Shown here: positions 36,033 through 49,287 of the stretch, in pieces | Position numbering within the stretch: the stretch's first letter is position 1 | How the letters are laid out: each line of letters opens with the position of its first letter | DNA from: Podarcis bocagei | Lineage: Eukaryota | Length of the DNA: 64,000 bases | Assembly: GCA_964188305.1 (NCBI GenBank) | Contig: OZ076892.1 | Direction: 5' to 3' (one strand) | Made by a program: the position numbers and the translations under genes | The notes under the pieces: model-generated | The model's database searches: none | What the model was told of the DNA's origin: nothing | The model's input: only the letters and a program-made list of their open reading frames with translations

Positions 36033-37104
36033 GTAGGAGCCAAGGCGGAAGCTTTGACTAGGACTCCTGGGTCCCCTGTGGCCCTGAGAGGAGCCCTGCT
36101 AGGTAGGCCGGGGGGTCCTGGCTCGCTCCTGGCCTTCAGAGGTAGACTGAGTCAGTATGTGGAGGCTCTATCTGCTGGCTAGGGACTTGGAACTGCTCTG
36201 CCAGGTCAGGCCAACCTTGGGTCCAGTAGGGCCCCTGCCCTCCCCGCCCCACACAATGGCAAACCAGAACCCCAGAAGCAGGTTTTTTGATTGATTGTAT
36301 TTATATCCGACTTTTTTCTCCAGTAAGCTCAATGTGTCATGTATGTGGTTCTCTTATGCTCCACAACAACCTTGTGAAGTAGTTTGGGCAGAAGTGGCCT
36401 CCAAGGTCACAGTGAACCCGGATTTGTCACGATTTGAACCCGACTCTCTCCCAGGTGCTGGTGCTTACAGCTTGGTCTGGGCGTGCAGCAGAATTAGGTG
36501 GTAGTAAAATGAACTGTCCCAACTACTTCTGGAGGATTACATTTTAAAAAATAATTCTCATCAACAAAGACTTCCTTCAACAGGAAAGCTAGTACAGTAG
36601 AGAGTGGACTGATCTAGAACCCCCCCCCCTCACAGCCAAGAGAACCCAAAAGCTCCTGGACCGTATAACAGAGGCCCTTGATAATTGCAAACATGCAAGA
36701 CTTCTTGTACGTCTGGCAAACCCTAGTTGTGATAAGTGGCACCCACAATGTATTTGTGAGTCTATAAATTCTGTGGACTTCTGTTGCCCGTTTCCAAATC
36801 CAAAGTCTTGGAATTCCATACCTTCAGATCCACCAATTCCAGTGCAATGGGATAAGTTGCTTTTGTTTCAGGCAAACCTATTCTGCTGCTTACTTGTATG
36901 TATAGTTCATTTGTTGCCCACTGTTTTCCAGGAAATAGAAAACAAGTCATAATCAATGGTTATTTCTAGATGTGGAGGTGGTGTAATATTTTCAGATAGG
37001 CTTGAGGCCTGACATTGAAGACAGGATGACTGACAGCCAAGTATTACACCCTGAGGTTTAAAGTATTTAAAGGTTTACGTCATAAAACAGGTGACAAAGC
37101 CACG

Positions 37105-37142
37105 ATGGAAACTTTAGAAGAAGAAAACTTTGGTGTGTCCAT
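37105..37142 (+). CDS. ARL2BP: ARL2BP coding exon 1
   Basis: Strong Kozak gccacgATGg; METLEEENFGVS; at|gtaagt. Confidence 0.92.
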
Positions 37143-40100
37143 GTAAGTATATTTCTGTTTCTGCACTTTGAAATGTTAAAGCCAATAGGAAGTTTTAACA
37201 GTTAGGAGAAGATGGGTTTTTTATGGCATGTGCTTCTGTGGACTTGAGCCTAGATGATAGAATAGGCTCTCTAGTCCACAAAAGCTTATGATGCAATATT
37301 TTTGGTACTTTTTAAGGTGGGAACATTGCTTGGTGATATGTTATTTTCTAACTTTATTAATAGTTGGTTTCAGTGTTAATTTTTAAACTACAATCAAGAC
37401 TGACTCATAAAGATTTTTGTTTCTCATGGATATAGATCAGTAATGGATCAATGATAGATCAATGCCTTCCAAATATTGTTACACTATAGCTTCCATCATT
37501 CCTGGCCAAATCTGTAGGGCCATAGGTTGCTCACCCCAGAAATTGATTTCCATCCTCCTTTTTAAAAGCCATCTAAGCTAGTGGCCATCATCACATCTTG
37601 AGGTGGTAAATCCCACAAGTTAATGAAGCATTGTGTGATGATTTAGTTAAGTGCTGTATATAGAAGTACTTTATTTGTCTGTTACAAATTTCCTGTCAGT
37701 TAAGTTCAGTGGATAACCCCAGCTCTTTTATGGACCCTGACTTTTAATATAATGCCTGAATCAAGCCAAAGCGATTCTGCTTTTGAATTGCAAAAACAAC
37801 TGTATTCTGATCTGGAGGGATTGCTGTTATCCCTTCTGTATGTGGCTAGATGGCAGCAAGTAGCAACGGTGTCTCCTCCACCAGGCTTGGGTTAGGAACA
37901 GCCTCTTCCTTGCTTCCATTAGGACAGGGATGTCCAACAGGTTGATTGCGATCTACTGGTAGATCCCCAGGAGGTTTTGGTAGATTGCGGTCGATCGCTG
38001 GGTCCCTTTGCTTAGCGTTGGTAAAATAGAATCCAGCCCCGCCCTCCATTGTTGCATGATCTGCAGAATGGAAGACGGAGTTTACTCAGTGAGGCTGTTT
38101 GTCTCCCCAGCGATCTGTTGGTGAGTGGCTGTTTCCCTTTCTCCCTAAAAATGGCCAACAGCTTACCTTTGAACTCCCCAAAAACAGGGCTTTCCTCCTC
38201 CATAAAAAAAGTTCAACAATTGACATCACTGCCATTTTTTAATTCCGTGAGTAGATCACAGTCTCTTGGGAGTTGGCCACCCCTGCAGTAGAACATCAGC
38301 TGTTAGGCACATCACTCTTATTCCTACTTAGTGATGAGGGAGAAGAAACTGAAGGATGATGCCGTATCTAAAACCTTGCCTAGTTTCTTCATGGATAAAG
38401 TACAGGCTGAACCCAGTCCAAGTCTGAGATCAGACTTGACTGAGGCAAGGCAAGGAACTGCTTCTCATCAGGGTGACTGTCCTTGGTTAAATCTTGTCTG
38501 CAATGCAGAAGAACGTCACCATAAAATAATTCTTTGAGTAACTTGTGTTTGAATAAACAACAGCTTCTCTCTGAATGTAGTGGAATCTGGGGAGGAGGAC
38601 TCAGTTCAGGTAGAACAAAGCATTACTGCAGTGGCTTAGAGATTTAGAGCTGTAAGCCAGGAAGTCTCTGGTATGAAATCTCACTTTGACAGCAAATGCA
38701 CTTAAGATAGCCATAGGCAAATGGTTCTTTCTCTTAGTTTGAAGTTATTCTCTGTAACAGGAGGGTGATAGTGTACCTCCACTTTACAGGACTGATGAAA
38801 ACATTACTGAGTAATATATGTGCTGGAAGTATTTTGTATGCTCATGTGTGCCATAAAGGCAGTAAGCATTATTCTGTGTGCCCTGGATTGTTATGTTTAT
38901 GTGTATTTCACCTTCCATAGTAACCTGAATCCAACTTGGCTGTCTCTCATTTTAGCTCTTCACCATCGGATGCTGAGTTTGATGCTGTTGTTGGCTATTT
39001 AGAAGATATAATAATGGGTATGTTTTTCTTAAGGTAGCACTGCTCAAAAGGGACTGCCAAGGTGCATCTCTTCTTATTGTTATTTGTGAACACACTGGGG
39101 TATTTTAGAGGAATTGTTTTGATCTTATCTACAGTTTTGATTCTGTGGTGGATTTTGTCAGCACTGGTTTTTATACAAATACATCATAGTCTAGACCAGA
39201 CCTTCCCCAACCTGAGATACGAACTATCTAAAAAGCACTACAGTGGTACCTCGGGTTACATACGCTTCAGGTTACATACGCTTCAGGTTACAGACTCCAC
39301 TAACCCAGAAATAGTGCTTCAGGTTAAGAACTTTGCTTCAGGATGAGAACAGAAATTGTTCTCCAGCAGCGCGGCAGCAGCAGGAGGCCCCATTAGCTAA
39401 AGTGGTGCTTCAGGTTAAGAACAGTTTCAGGTTAAGTATGGACCTCCAGAACGAATTAAGTACTTAACCTGAGGTACCACTGTAGGTTGAGGGGAAGTCG
39501 GTCTAGATGATATTATTGTTTATGTATTTTCAAGTCGCTTTGAGGGCTCCTGAGGTGCCAAAAGAAGAGATAGCGAACTAATAAATAAAATAGGTACCCA
39601 CCACTCTCTTCTTTGTGCAGTATCAGCACGTGGGAAAGTGTTCAGTGGTTGGCATTTGTGCCTGGCTGAAGGTGGAACTTGTATTCTTTTCCTTGGACAT
39701 GGAAGCAGAGTTCTCATGTAAATTTTCTTCTTATTCTGCCTGCTTTTCCTTTCTTGCCTCCACCTACTGCATCAAGTTCTGAACAAGGTTCCTGCTCCTA
39801 AACAGCTGGACCCCATGATGAGAGCTCCTGTTGAGGGCTGGGGATGCACCACAATGTTTTATTGTGGGTCCACACTTGTTGATAGATACTTGCCTTTCAA
39901 TGAAACATTCAATAAATCGGTGGTGCCTGAGGTACTGCCCAGTAGGTGGCTTGAAATAACCTGTCAATCCCTTTCATGGAGAAGTGCTTGACAACCGTGT
40001 TGCAATTACAGTGGCAAAATTTATGCCTGATTAATTGATTCTGGATGAAGGATTGGAACTGTGTGTATGCTGACTTCTCCAGGGAACTGATGTTGCCTCA

Positions 40101-43100
40101 TATGTTCATTATCCAGCTCTGTTCCCTGGGTGAAACTTGCCAAAAGTCTTTTAATCAGGCTCTGCCTTGTTTGTGTCAGTGAGAGAAACTCTTCATCCTG
40201 CCAGAGGCTTAGCGAGCTAGCAAGATAGAGAAGCTACTGCAAGGATTGGGCCTCTGTCAGCTGCAGCTGTGCTGTCGTTGCAGCTATGAGGGTCACCATG
40301 TACTGGATCCTAAGCTGAGGACAGCACACCAATGAATGTAGTCACTGTCTTTCGACTGAATGCAACTGTGTTGTGATTTCAGATGATGACTTCCAGCTTA
40401 TACAAAGGAACTTCATGGACAAATACTACCAAGAGTTTGATGATACGGAGGAAAATAAGCTCATCTACACTCCTATTTTTAATGAATATGTGAGTGCATA
40501 TGTCCTGTTTTGATCGTTATCACTTGCATATGATGGTGGGCTTTGTCTTTTGAACATTTGCCACCCTGTGAAAGAAATTGGATTCTGTGTGTTTCAGCAG
40601 CAAGTGTGACCTGTGAACCATAAGAGAGAGAGCAGCCCTGCTTCAGGATGTTGAGGCTCCTCTCACACCCTCAGAGGGACCTGAGACCTCAGTGCAGGTG
40701 CTGAAGTCCAGCCTTCATCAACCTGGTGCCCCTTCACTGTTTGTTTGTTTGTTTTAAACTATAACTCCCATAAGCCCCGGCCAGCATGGATGTGAGCTGT
40801 AGTCCAAAACATCTGGAGGGCACAGATGGTTGGTGCTGCTGACCATCCAGTGTGCTTCTCTGGGCCGTACCATCACTTTGTTCACTGTGCCAGGAAGGTT
40901 TTCCTGCTACAAAGTTTGCTCAGTGACTAGAGGGGAGGGGCCCAGGCTGGTTGCTGTCCCAACATGGCATCTTTTGTAACAGCTTAGCTTCTTGTGAAAG
41001 TTTTCATAATTGTTGCAGATTAAAGGGTTGTTAAGGGCACAGCTGCAAGAGCTGGTTTAAACGCTGGCAACACTGATTGCTGCTGAGACACATGTGGTTT
41101 CTGAAAGATCCTTATGGTAGCTTGCAAGTCTCTAGTTGGGTTCTGAAATTTGGGGGTTATATCCAGTGATGGTCAGGGTACTCCCATCATTAGTCGTGCT
41201 CATTGATTTCAGACATATAGTAATTTTGGTGGGTCTGCCCAGAGTAAGGACCCATAGTGTTCTTATAACTTAAGGGTAATGAACAGAACAAATTACTTCC
41301 TCAAGGCAGAGACTCAGCTCTACATATTTTAACTGGTTGTATCCTGTTGTTACCTGTAACATCTCTCATATTTGGATCCAAAATGTGGTCCAGCCATTGA
41401 CAGTCTAGTAAGCTGCACCTGATCGTAAGCTACAATATTTGCTCCCTGTCATCCTCAGCTGGAAAATAATAATACAGTGCTTCTCACTTCAGATATGCTT
41501 GGTTGAAAAATACATTGAAGAAAAGCTCTTGGACAGGATTCCTGGTTTCAGCATGTCTGCCTTCACCTTGTCATTACAGTAAGTTGGATCCTTTGCTTTC
41601 CATTTCTTTTTCATCTTCACTGCATTAACTTGCTCTTAAGGCTCCTTATTGAGTAGGGTTGGGCTTTGAATTTTGGGAGCAGCTTCTCTCAGATGTGAAT
41701 CCACCTATTTTAAGCTCTGCTGCAGACTCCTTGCCCCAGGGTCTGCCCTTCTCTGAAATGCAGTCATGTGGTCCTCTGAGCAGGGAGCTCTATAATGTCA
41801 GTACATCTGTGAAATAGTATCCCCTAAGAGTGTCCACAGAATGGCGCTGTGGGTTAAACCACAGAGCCTAGGACTTGCTGATTGGAAGGTCGGCAGTTCG
41901 AATCCCCGCGACGGGGTGAGCTCCTGTTGCTCGGTCCCAGCTCCTGCCAACCTAGCAGTTCGAAAGCACCTCAAAGTGCAAGTAGATAGATAGGGACCGC
42001 TCTCCGGCGGGAAGGTAAACAGCGTTTCCGTGTGCTGCGCCGGTTCGCCAGAAGCGACTTAGTCATGCTGGCCACATGACCCGGAAGCTGTCTGCAGACA
42101 AGCGCCGGCTCCCGGCCTCTTGAGCGAGATGAGCGCGCAACCCCAGAGTCGGTCATGACTGGACCTTATGATCAAGGGTCCCTTTACCTTTACCTTTGTG
42201 TCCAACAGACCTTACCCCCTTTTTCCCATTTAGATATAATGTAAAACAGGAAGAAGACCGCTGTACATCATTCATATATGTCATGCGCTGAGGCCCAAAT
42301 GTTCATGATATGCACAAATGTAAACAATGGGCTATTAAGTCACTTCCACGAAAAGAGAAGACTGTTCTATGCTTAGCCAGTGGTGCCCATCCCAGCCTCC
42401 TTTGCAGATCAAGGCCCATGCAATCCCATGCCATTTATAGAAACCTTCTTGAAGATTTCATATTGTTGATCATTCCTGAGGGCTGCATAATGAAAACTGA
42501 TGTTAAATGGATATTCTGCTGCTTAGCGAGCAGATCCATCCCTTTGTTTAGTAACAGCTTAGAGCCTGTTTGCCCAGTATTCCCTCCATCACCACCCTTG
42601 GGCACACACAGCTGAGGAAAAGCTGTAAATCAGACATCCATGAATGCAGTTGGCAGAAGTGGCTGTGATTGCAGCAACAGCATTCCCACTCCCCTTCAGA
42701 TTCTGAAGCTGCAGAAATTTCTGTGGGCTGCTATCTGTTCATTTTCAAAGTGGGGGGGGGCGATGACAGAAGCACCCCCTGATGCAAGACAGAATAATTA
42801 TTAAGCTTAAAATCTAAAATGTGTACAACTTTGAACTACATTTTCTTTGGATAATTGCTTGGTGACAGTGTGTGAAGCACCCCTTAGTCCCATTATTTTC
42901 AGTACAAATTACTTTGTGGAAGTGGCTAATTTAAAGAGAAAATGCAACTTTTTTTGATAGGCATTTTCCTCTTTAGCTTTTGTAATGCATATTTTCTCAC
43001 TGCCTTTTAAAATCTAGAATGTCTTGCTGTTTTAATGATGACTAAATCCTTCACTTACAGGCAGCACAAGGATGAAATTGCAGGGGATATTTTTGATATG

Positions 43101-44651
43101 CTTCTCACATTTACTGACTTCCTCGCATTTAAAGAAATGTTCCTGGATTACAGAGCTGTAAGTACTTCAAAGCTCAGAAAGCACACACTGAATGGCCAGG
43201 CAAGTTGGTTTAACTGGGAGTGACTCTTGGGCATATTGAGCAGAGAGAGATCACTTTCCCAGTTCTGCTTCCTAAGAGCCTTTTAACTGAGGAAGTGAAA
43301 AACTGATTTTGGTGCTTTATGCATGCAAAGTAATTGGGGCTCCTTCCCAGCTTCTGCATTCTGGGGGTGAGAAAGAGGACCTCAGTTCAGGAAGAGAGGC
43401 TTGGCCCTGGTTTTCAGTTTGGCCAAACTATAGCACTCTGGATGGGGCGGAGTGGTTTTCAAATGTAACTTGGGGTGATGGTTTTTTTTTATCATAAAGT
43501 ATTATGCCCAAAAAGTTGCTCAGTGACAATTTGATAAAATACAATTTTTGTTAATTTGCATAGCTATCAAGATGCATGTCTTAAGTTGGTATGGGAGTTC
43601 TTTATGGGTTTGGGAGGGGGTGTCTAAAAATGCTTTTAGTGAACCTCAGTGGTGAAATGTGTGTCCAATGCACAAGTTTCGCTCCAGAATTTTTTTTGGG
43701 GAAAATACTGGAAACCTGTGGTCCAAAACAAGTCAGTTTGAAGTTACGCATGTGAAACCCCAAAACCAGTTGCATTTAACAATTCAGAACTGTTGTTATT
43801 GTGAAATCTTAAACACTGATCTTTTAATATTTAGTCTTGATAAGGAGGGTTTGAAATAGCAAAGGGGCCAGTTTCAAAAGGTTGGCTAAGGCAGAAATTG
43901 TAAGGGAAAGAACACATTCCAGGCCAGCTGCAAAAAGAATTCTTACTTATTTTGGTAGTGGGGGTGTTCACTGCAGATGCACAGAATCTGAAATCAAACA
44001 AGGGAGAACATTGTGTATATTGCTCTAAGAAAAATGTGTGCATATACACATAATGTGTGTATGTTTGTATGGAGATGGTGTGTAAATTTTTATATATGGC
44101 TATCTGTGCCCCTGATTCTCATGAGGGTTTGCAAAGACCAGAGTGGCAGAGGGCAAGATGGCAAGGGGAGGGCATGGATTACTAAGGTTACTTGGCATGG
44201 CAATAGAGGCTAGGTAGCATGGAGTAATAGTCAAAGGAGGTCTGGCAGCTGTACCAAGGATCAGAACTTGCCCTGGTCAGTAGAAACCCTGTCCAGTCTC
44301 CTCTGGCTTCACCCATGACTACTGTCAGCAACCAAAAAGCTCGGGGGGGGGGGAATCATTGCTTATTGATGATGAAAGTTACGATTCTCAGTTTCCACAG
44401 CAGGTGCCAGATTCAGTGTGGAATTTCTTGCCCACAGCCTTGCAGAAAATAAAAGCTCTGTGTTTCATTACAAACATGCCTCCTTGTCTGGCTGAAAGGC
44501 TGCCATTTAGAAATGCCGCCAAACTGAAGTATTTTTGGCATCTCCGTTCTAGGAAAAAGAAGGCCGAGGCCTGGACTTAAGCAGCGGATTCGTGGTGACA
44601 CCCTTGAGCAAGTCCTCCATGTCGCCTTCCGCAAACAGTCTACGACACTAG
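37105..44651 (+). CDS. ARL2BP: ADP-ribosylation factor-like 2 binding protein (BART), spliced CDS (6 exons, 489 nt, 162 aa)
   Basis: join(37105-37142,38956-39017,40383-40489,41493-41578,43061-43157,44553-44651). GT-AG, phases consistent. Matches ARL2BP as recalled (SDAEFDAVVGYLEDIIMDDDFQ, EENKLIYTPIFNEY, GDIFDMLLTFTDFLAFKEMFLDYRAEKEGRGLDLSSG). Confidence 0.97.
37925..38285. mobile_element. Non-autonomous hAT transposon (~360 bp)
   Basis: TIRs CAGGGATGTCCAAC / CAGGGGTGGCCAAC; subterminal gatctac/gtagatc motifs; imperfect TSD cattagga/cagtagaa. Confidence 0.8.
38956..39017 (+). CDS. ARL2BP: ARL2BP coding exon 2
   Basis: SSPSDAEFDAVVGYLEDIIM; tttag| ... g|gtatgt. Confidence 0.96.
39241..39482. 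mobile_element. Tigger/pogo-like (Tc1-mariner) MITE (242 bp)
   Basis: TIR CAGTGGTACCTC(G/A)GGTTA; TA target duplication; internal gcttcaggtta repeats. Confidence 0.92.
40383..40489 (+). CDS. ARL2BP: ARL2BP coding exon 3
   Basis: DDDFQLIQRNFMDKYYQEFDDTEENKLIYTPIFNEY; ttcag| ... tat|gtgagt. Confidence 0.96.
41493..41578 (+). CDS. ARL2BP: ARL2BP coding exon 4
   Basis: ICLVEKYIEEKLLDRIPGFSMSAFTLSL; ttcag| ... ca|gtaagt. Confidence 0.95.
41842..42197 (+). mobile_element. Sauria SINE (Squam1), near full length
   Basis: TGGCGCTGTGGGTTAAACC head, B-box GTTCGAATCC, (ACCTTT)n tail; gtgtcca on both flanks (41830, 42198). Confidence 0.93.
43061..43157 (+). CDS. ARL2BP: ARL2BP coding exon 5
   Basis: QHKDEIAGDIFDMLLTFTDFLAFKEMFLDYRA; ttacag| ... 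gct|gtaagt. Confidence 0.97.
44553..44651 (+). CDS. ARL2BP: ARL2BP last coding exon (stop TAG)
   Basis: EKEGRGLDLSSGFVVTPLSKSSMSPSANSLRH*; acceptor ttctag|. Confidence 0.95.
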   Translation, partial: EKEGRGLDLSSGFVVTPLSKSSMSPSANSLRH

Positions 44652-47600
44652 CTCTTTCCTCCAAAAGAGAGCTGTCTCCACTTGGGGTGCCCTGAATGTA
44701 AAAGCCAGCAGAAGAGATTAGTGTGATGCTGAGGAGTGCAACCCTTATTCCCTCTTGGCAGGCCAATTTTTCGTCTTAGCTGCTTGTTTGAATGGGGCAT
44801 TTCCACATGATCAGTGACTAGTATAACTCCAGCCCTGTCTTAGCACTTGGATTTGTTGCTATGCCAGCCAAAAGGGACTTGATGCCATGGAGGTCAGTTA
44901 GTGCCATGGTCTGTTTGAGGGCTGCCGATTTCTTGGAAGGAAAACAAGCACTTCTTCATTGGACAGCAGTGATGGAAAATGAGTGTCAAACGTGGGATGG
45001 TTCTAACTGCACAACTTTCTGAAGCTCACAATCACAACAAAGCGGGGGAAACATGTTTAGCGTAGTTCTAAATGCCACATTTTGACTTTCGACAGTAGCA
45101 TGTGTGTGTTTGATGCGAATATATATATTTAGCATGAAACTTATTTGTCAGTTCTCTAGTAATTGTGAATTTGTATCCTTTCCCATTCAGTAGGCTTAGT
45201 GGTGTTGCTCTTGTAAGGCCCCCACTTCAGCTGCAGAAGGAACCAGAAAACTTGGGATTTCCAAAGTAACCTCTCTCCTAAGAAAAATCACACTCTGTTT
45301 CATTACTACCAGCAGTATGTGCTGTAGCACGGACAAAGCTTTCTGCAATGTCTTCATGGGGGATGGAGACTGTAAACCCAAATCCAAACTTGTATGGCTT
45401 TCAAGGAACTTTGGGAATTACAGTTCTGTGAGGTGCTGCAGTTCTTTAAAAACAAAAACAAAAGAGCTAAAGTTCCCCAGGTTCTGCAATATTAGTTAAG
45501 CTGGTTTTAACTATAAAGACTTCCCTCACAGCGAAGCTCAGGAAATGGTCTGAGAAGTCAGGACTGACTCTACCAGGTTTTTTTATCACAGCCCCTCCTC
45601 AAGCTTCTTTCAGGAAAGCAAGGACAGTTAAACCTTCTTTTAAAGTGGAGTGAATGTGTCCCGAGTGGCTTGATTATACCTGCAAGCTTTGGGATTTCAT
45701 CAGTGTTGTGTTTTACTAAGGTTAAAAAAAGAATAGCATGGATAGCATTGCCTGTGCCATTATCGGTCTGCATCTTTGCTAGACACCTGGGAAGCCTCAT
45801 GTGTGGTTCATGCTGATGGCTTTCTCCCTCCATCCTGGCTTAGTGACATCAGCTAGTAATATGTGCCAGTAGTGTTGGATCTGCTCTGCTTGCCCCAGCC
45901 ACATCTCTGTTTCTGGCTTACCTCCACATGGATCTGTGGAACTCTTGCTGAGAAAGGTGTAGCTGCTGTTGCCATCTTGACTTGTGGCGGACCAGGCAAC
46001 AGGAGCAGGGAATTCAAAACCCAAAAATTCCAGTTGTTCCCACTTTCTACGCGTTGCCTGCCTTTACTCTTGGTTGGTAATTGAGCGCTCAAGGACTCGG
46101 CCTGTACGATCCATGTGCTGCTGTCACACTGAGGCTTCTTCCAAAGTCACATAATGGAAGAAAGGCCAGGATGACTGACTGAGCCCTGAAAATTTACTAT
46201 TGGAGCCTTTCAGGCTTCAAATCCTTTTTGTCCAAGCAGGGGTAAGTGATTCTTGTAATGAGGCTTATCACAAACATCTTACATGTTTCAGTTTTGGGTG
46301 ACAATATGGTACAGCACAGTACTTGCTTGACTAAATCTTGGGAGATTGGGTAACGTGGTATCTTTACATCAGCAAACTTTTGCTTTCACAGTGTTTTCTT
46401 TTACATACGTTTCCCTTTCAGGGTTGTGTTCTGTAATGTGTTTAGGCTGTACACTGATCTGAAACTTGATTGCCAAGATCCAGAAGCAAACTCTGCATTG
46501 TAAAGGATGTTTTTTGTAACTTGTTTTGGCAAGGTCCCATGTGTGTAAACGAGGAATAATCTTGTCCCTATACTTTGAATATTGTTGGTATTTGAAATGT
46601 GCAAGAAGTGCATTTTCAAACAGTCACGGCAAGGCATGTTGACAATATTAATGACAGTATTTATCTTGGTGCAGTTTGCTTTTAAAAATCCAGTCTTGGT
46701 CAGCAAATGGGTAACACAGACTGGAATGCAGGATCAGATTCAAAGTTGGAAGTTTCTTGTTTCTCTCTTGCCATTTCAAAGACATTGTCTTTCAGTGCCC
46801 AATTTGTCAGAACTGCTTGGAGGAGAGACACAAGGAAATGAATTTTCATTTTCTAATCTCACCCAAAACCGTTGAGGTGCATGGGATGGATTTTTTGGTA
46901 CAGGCTGAATGGAATTTTAGAATATGTCGTTACAGTATTGGATAGTCTAAGAAATCCTTGGAGGACTCCTCTGAAGGAAACATGTGCAATCGCTGGAGAA
47001 ACACCTTTCGTCAAGAGCTTCTTTTGGCATTTCTTTCAATGGTGTGTTCACAGTTTGCCTGCCTCTTGTTGAAGTTCACTTCATACCAAGAATCAATTTG
47101 TGTGCTGTTGGCAAACTAAGACTATATCATTTTGTGTTTGATTAAACAACCAAGTAAATGATTACTCTCTCTGGGTGTGTAAATCTGGGACACTGGGAGA
47201 AGCAAGTACGCAATACTATTTACTGGAGCAGAAATAAGGCCAATAATGTAACATTTAATTACCCTTAGCAAAATTGTGCACCTGATTGTGTGTGTATGTA
47301 TGTATATATAGAGAGAGTTTAGATTCCAAAATAACTGCACCTTTTGACTGTTCCCCTGGTCACTTTTCAGATAACTGCTCAGTCTTGTCTGTATGCTGTT
47401 GCTTCTGGGTGGAAGGGAGGACAGAGATTTAAGTAGCAGCTACTCTCCCATTTTTTAAATAAAACCTCCTATCTACCCAACCATAAAAACAAAGGCAGAA
47501 GGAATGGTGGTAGATGTAGCTGCAGGGGAGAGCAAAGCTGTCCATGGTGGAATGCCCCTTTCTCCGCAGCTATCAAAGGTGCAGTCATCCTTTCCCTTCT

Positions 47601-48198
47601 TTGCTTCCAGTAGACATTGGAAATGGCTCTTGTCATTGTCTTAAAGGGTAAGGTAGAGGGAGGAGAAGCAAGAGGGCATGATCATAACTCCAAACTCATG
47701 GAACAGTTAGGGTGATGCCCTGGTGCCTATTGCAGAGCACTGAGAGCTTGCTGTGGAAGTTAAGGAAGCCCAGGTCTAGTTTTATGGATGGGAGATTGCC
47801 TGGAAAATCCATCAAGGAAGAAAGAAAGAGTCTCTATTAGAAGGTGAAAAGCTAGCTGGACCTGGTGTGCTTGGAACTCTTGGTCACAAAGCCCAACTTT
47901 GCCTTTTGGAATTTCTTCTGGCCCCCACTTCATAAGGACTGGAAACTTTTTTGCTTTTTGCTTAGCCATACAATGAAAAAGTTTATGAGGCTGCTGTGCT
48001 TGCATAATGCAGTCCAACACAGGACACCCACATGCCTTCCTGAATTGTCTAGACTATATCTGGCAACTAAATAAGTGTTTAACAAGTAAAGACAGGCAGA
48101 GCCATTCCCCGTGGACTTGTACTACTGAAGGAAGCGAATTAGGTGCCTCTCCAAGTAAATTCGGTGCTGGAAAGCCCTCATTTGACAAAGGTGAAAGA

Positions 48199-48213
48199 TT
48201 TATTTACTTTATT
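48199..48213 (-). terminator. Candidate PLLP polyadenylation signals (two tandem AATAAA)
   Basis: TTTATT on + at 48199-48204 and 48208-48213, ~960 nt past the PLLP stop. Confidence 0.6.
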
Positions 48214-48833
48214 TAAAACAAAACATTTTTTTAGAAATAAAATACCTGTGGTCTTGTACCAGAAGCATCCTTGCTACTATGGAACACGCTGGGTTAATAA
48301 TTATACATTATTTACATAATGGCTGCAAGTGGCTGGCATAAAGGGAGGCTGCTGGGTTTGCTTTTTTAGTGGGTTTAGTTTTTGGTGAGACGTGCTGGCT
48401 TGGCCGTCCCTGGAGATGGGCATCCTCTGGGCTGCTTCACAGGAGCGTGTCCATCCCTTGATGACAGTGTGGCTCAGTGGACCATCTTCCCACTTCAGAG
48501 CACTGGATGTCCCTTTGAACCTGATGCTTGCTCAGTGTAGTCAGTTGACACATCAAGTGGCGGTAAATACCTGTGCGCACCAGGCTTGTGGAGTGTCAAA
48601 TCGCCAGCACAAATCTGACCCTGCAACTTTGAATGGTCACCACATGCAGTGGCCTTTAGCAATAAGATCACATGCAGCCAAGATACGGAAAGGCAGGTTC
48701 CCCCTTAATTTCAACCACTTGATTTCTGTTTGTACAGACCAGTCCCTGCAGAAGCATTGGGTCAAAAGTGGCATGAGATGCTGAGATTACTAAATGGGGT
48801 GTTACCTGTGCTGACTCACTGCAAGCCACGAGT

Positions 48834-48870
48834 TGTGTGTGTGAGAGAGAGAGAGAAAGAGAGAGAGAGA
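48834..48870. repeat. (TG)n(AG)n compound microsatellite in the PLLP 3'UTR
   Basis: tgtgtgtgtgagagagagagagaaagagagagagaga. Confidence 0.9.
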
Positions 48871-49167
48871 ACCAGCCCTTGGGTTGTCTCTTGCTGGGTT
48901 TGCTCCATGATTCAGCTGGCCCTTGACCAGTCTGAGGATACTAATTAGTGCATAGTGTGGGGTGGGGTGCTTTAACCAGCTATAGATGGCGTTAAAAACA
49001 AATACAGCATACTTGGCAAAGGCCATGCTAAAGCTGGGACTGGGAATAGCATTCAGAGTACTAGGTCTGGAAGGGGAAAGGGCAGAGGGAAGACACCAAA
49101 CACCCAAAGGCTCCAGTAGCCACTGTCACCCAGTCAAGTTGTGTTGATTAAAAATGGCCCACAGTTT

Positions 49168-49287
49168 TCAGGCGTGATTAGAAATGGTTGCTTGGCTGGT
49201 TGCTGCGTTACTCCCATATCCCCTCCAGGCTCGAATGCTGAGGCAGGCACTGACCCCGTAGCCAATCATCACCAGGCAAGCAAAAAA
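49168..49287 (-). CDS. PLLP: PLLP last coding exon (stop TGA)
   Basis: FFACLVMIGYGVSACLSIRAWRGYGSNAATSQATISNHA*; acceptor ttttgcag|. Confidence 0.95.
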   Translation of the reverse strand, partial: FFACLVMIGYGVSACLSIRAWRGYGSNAATSQATISNHA

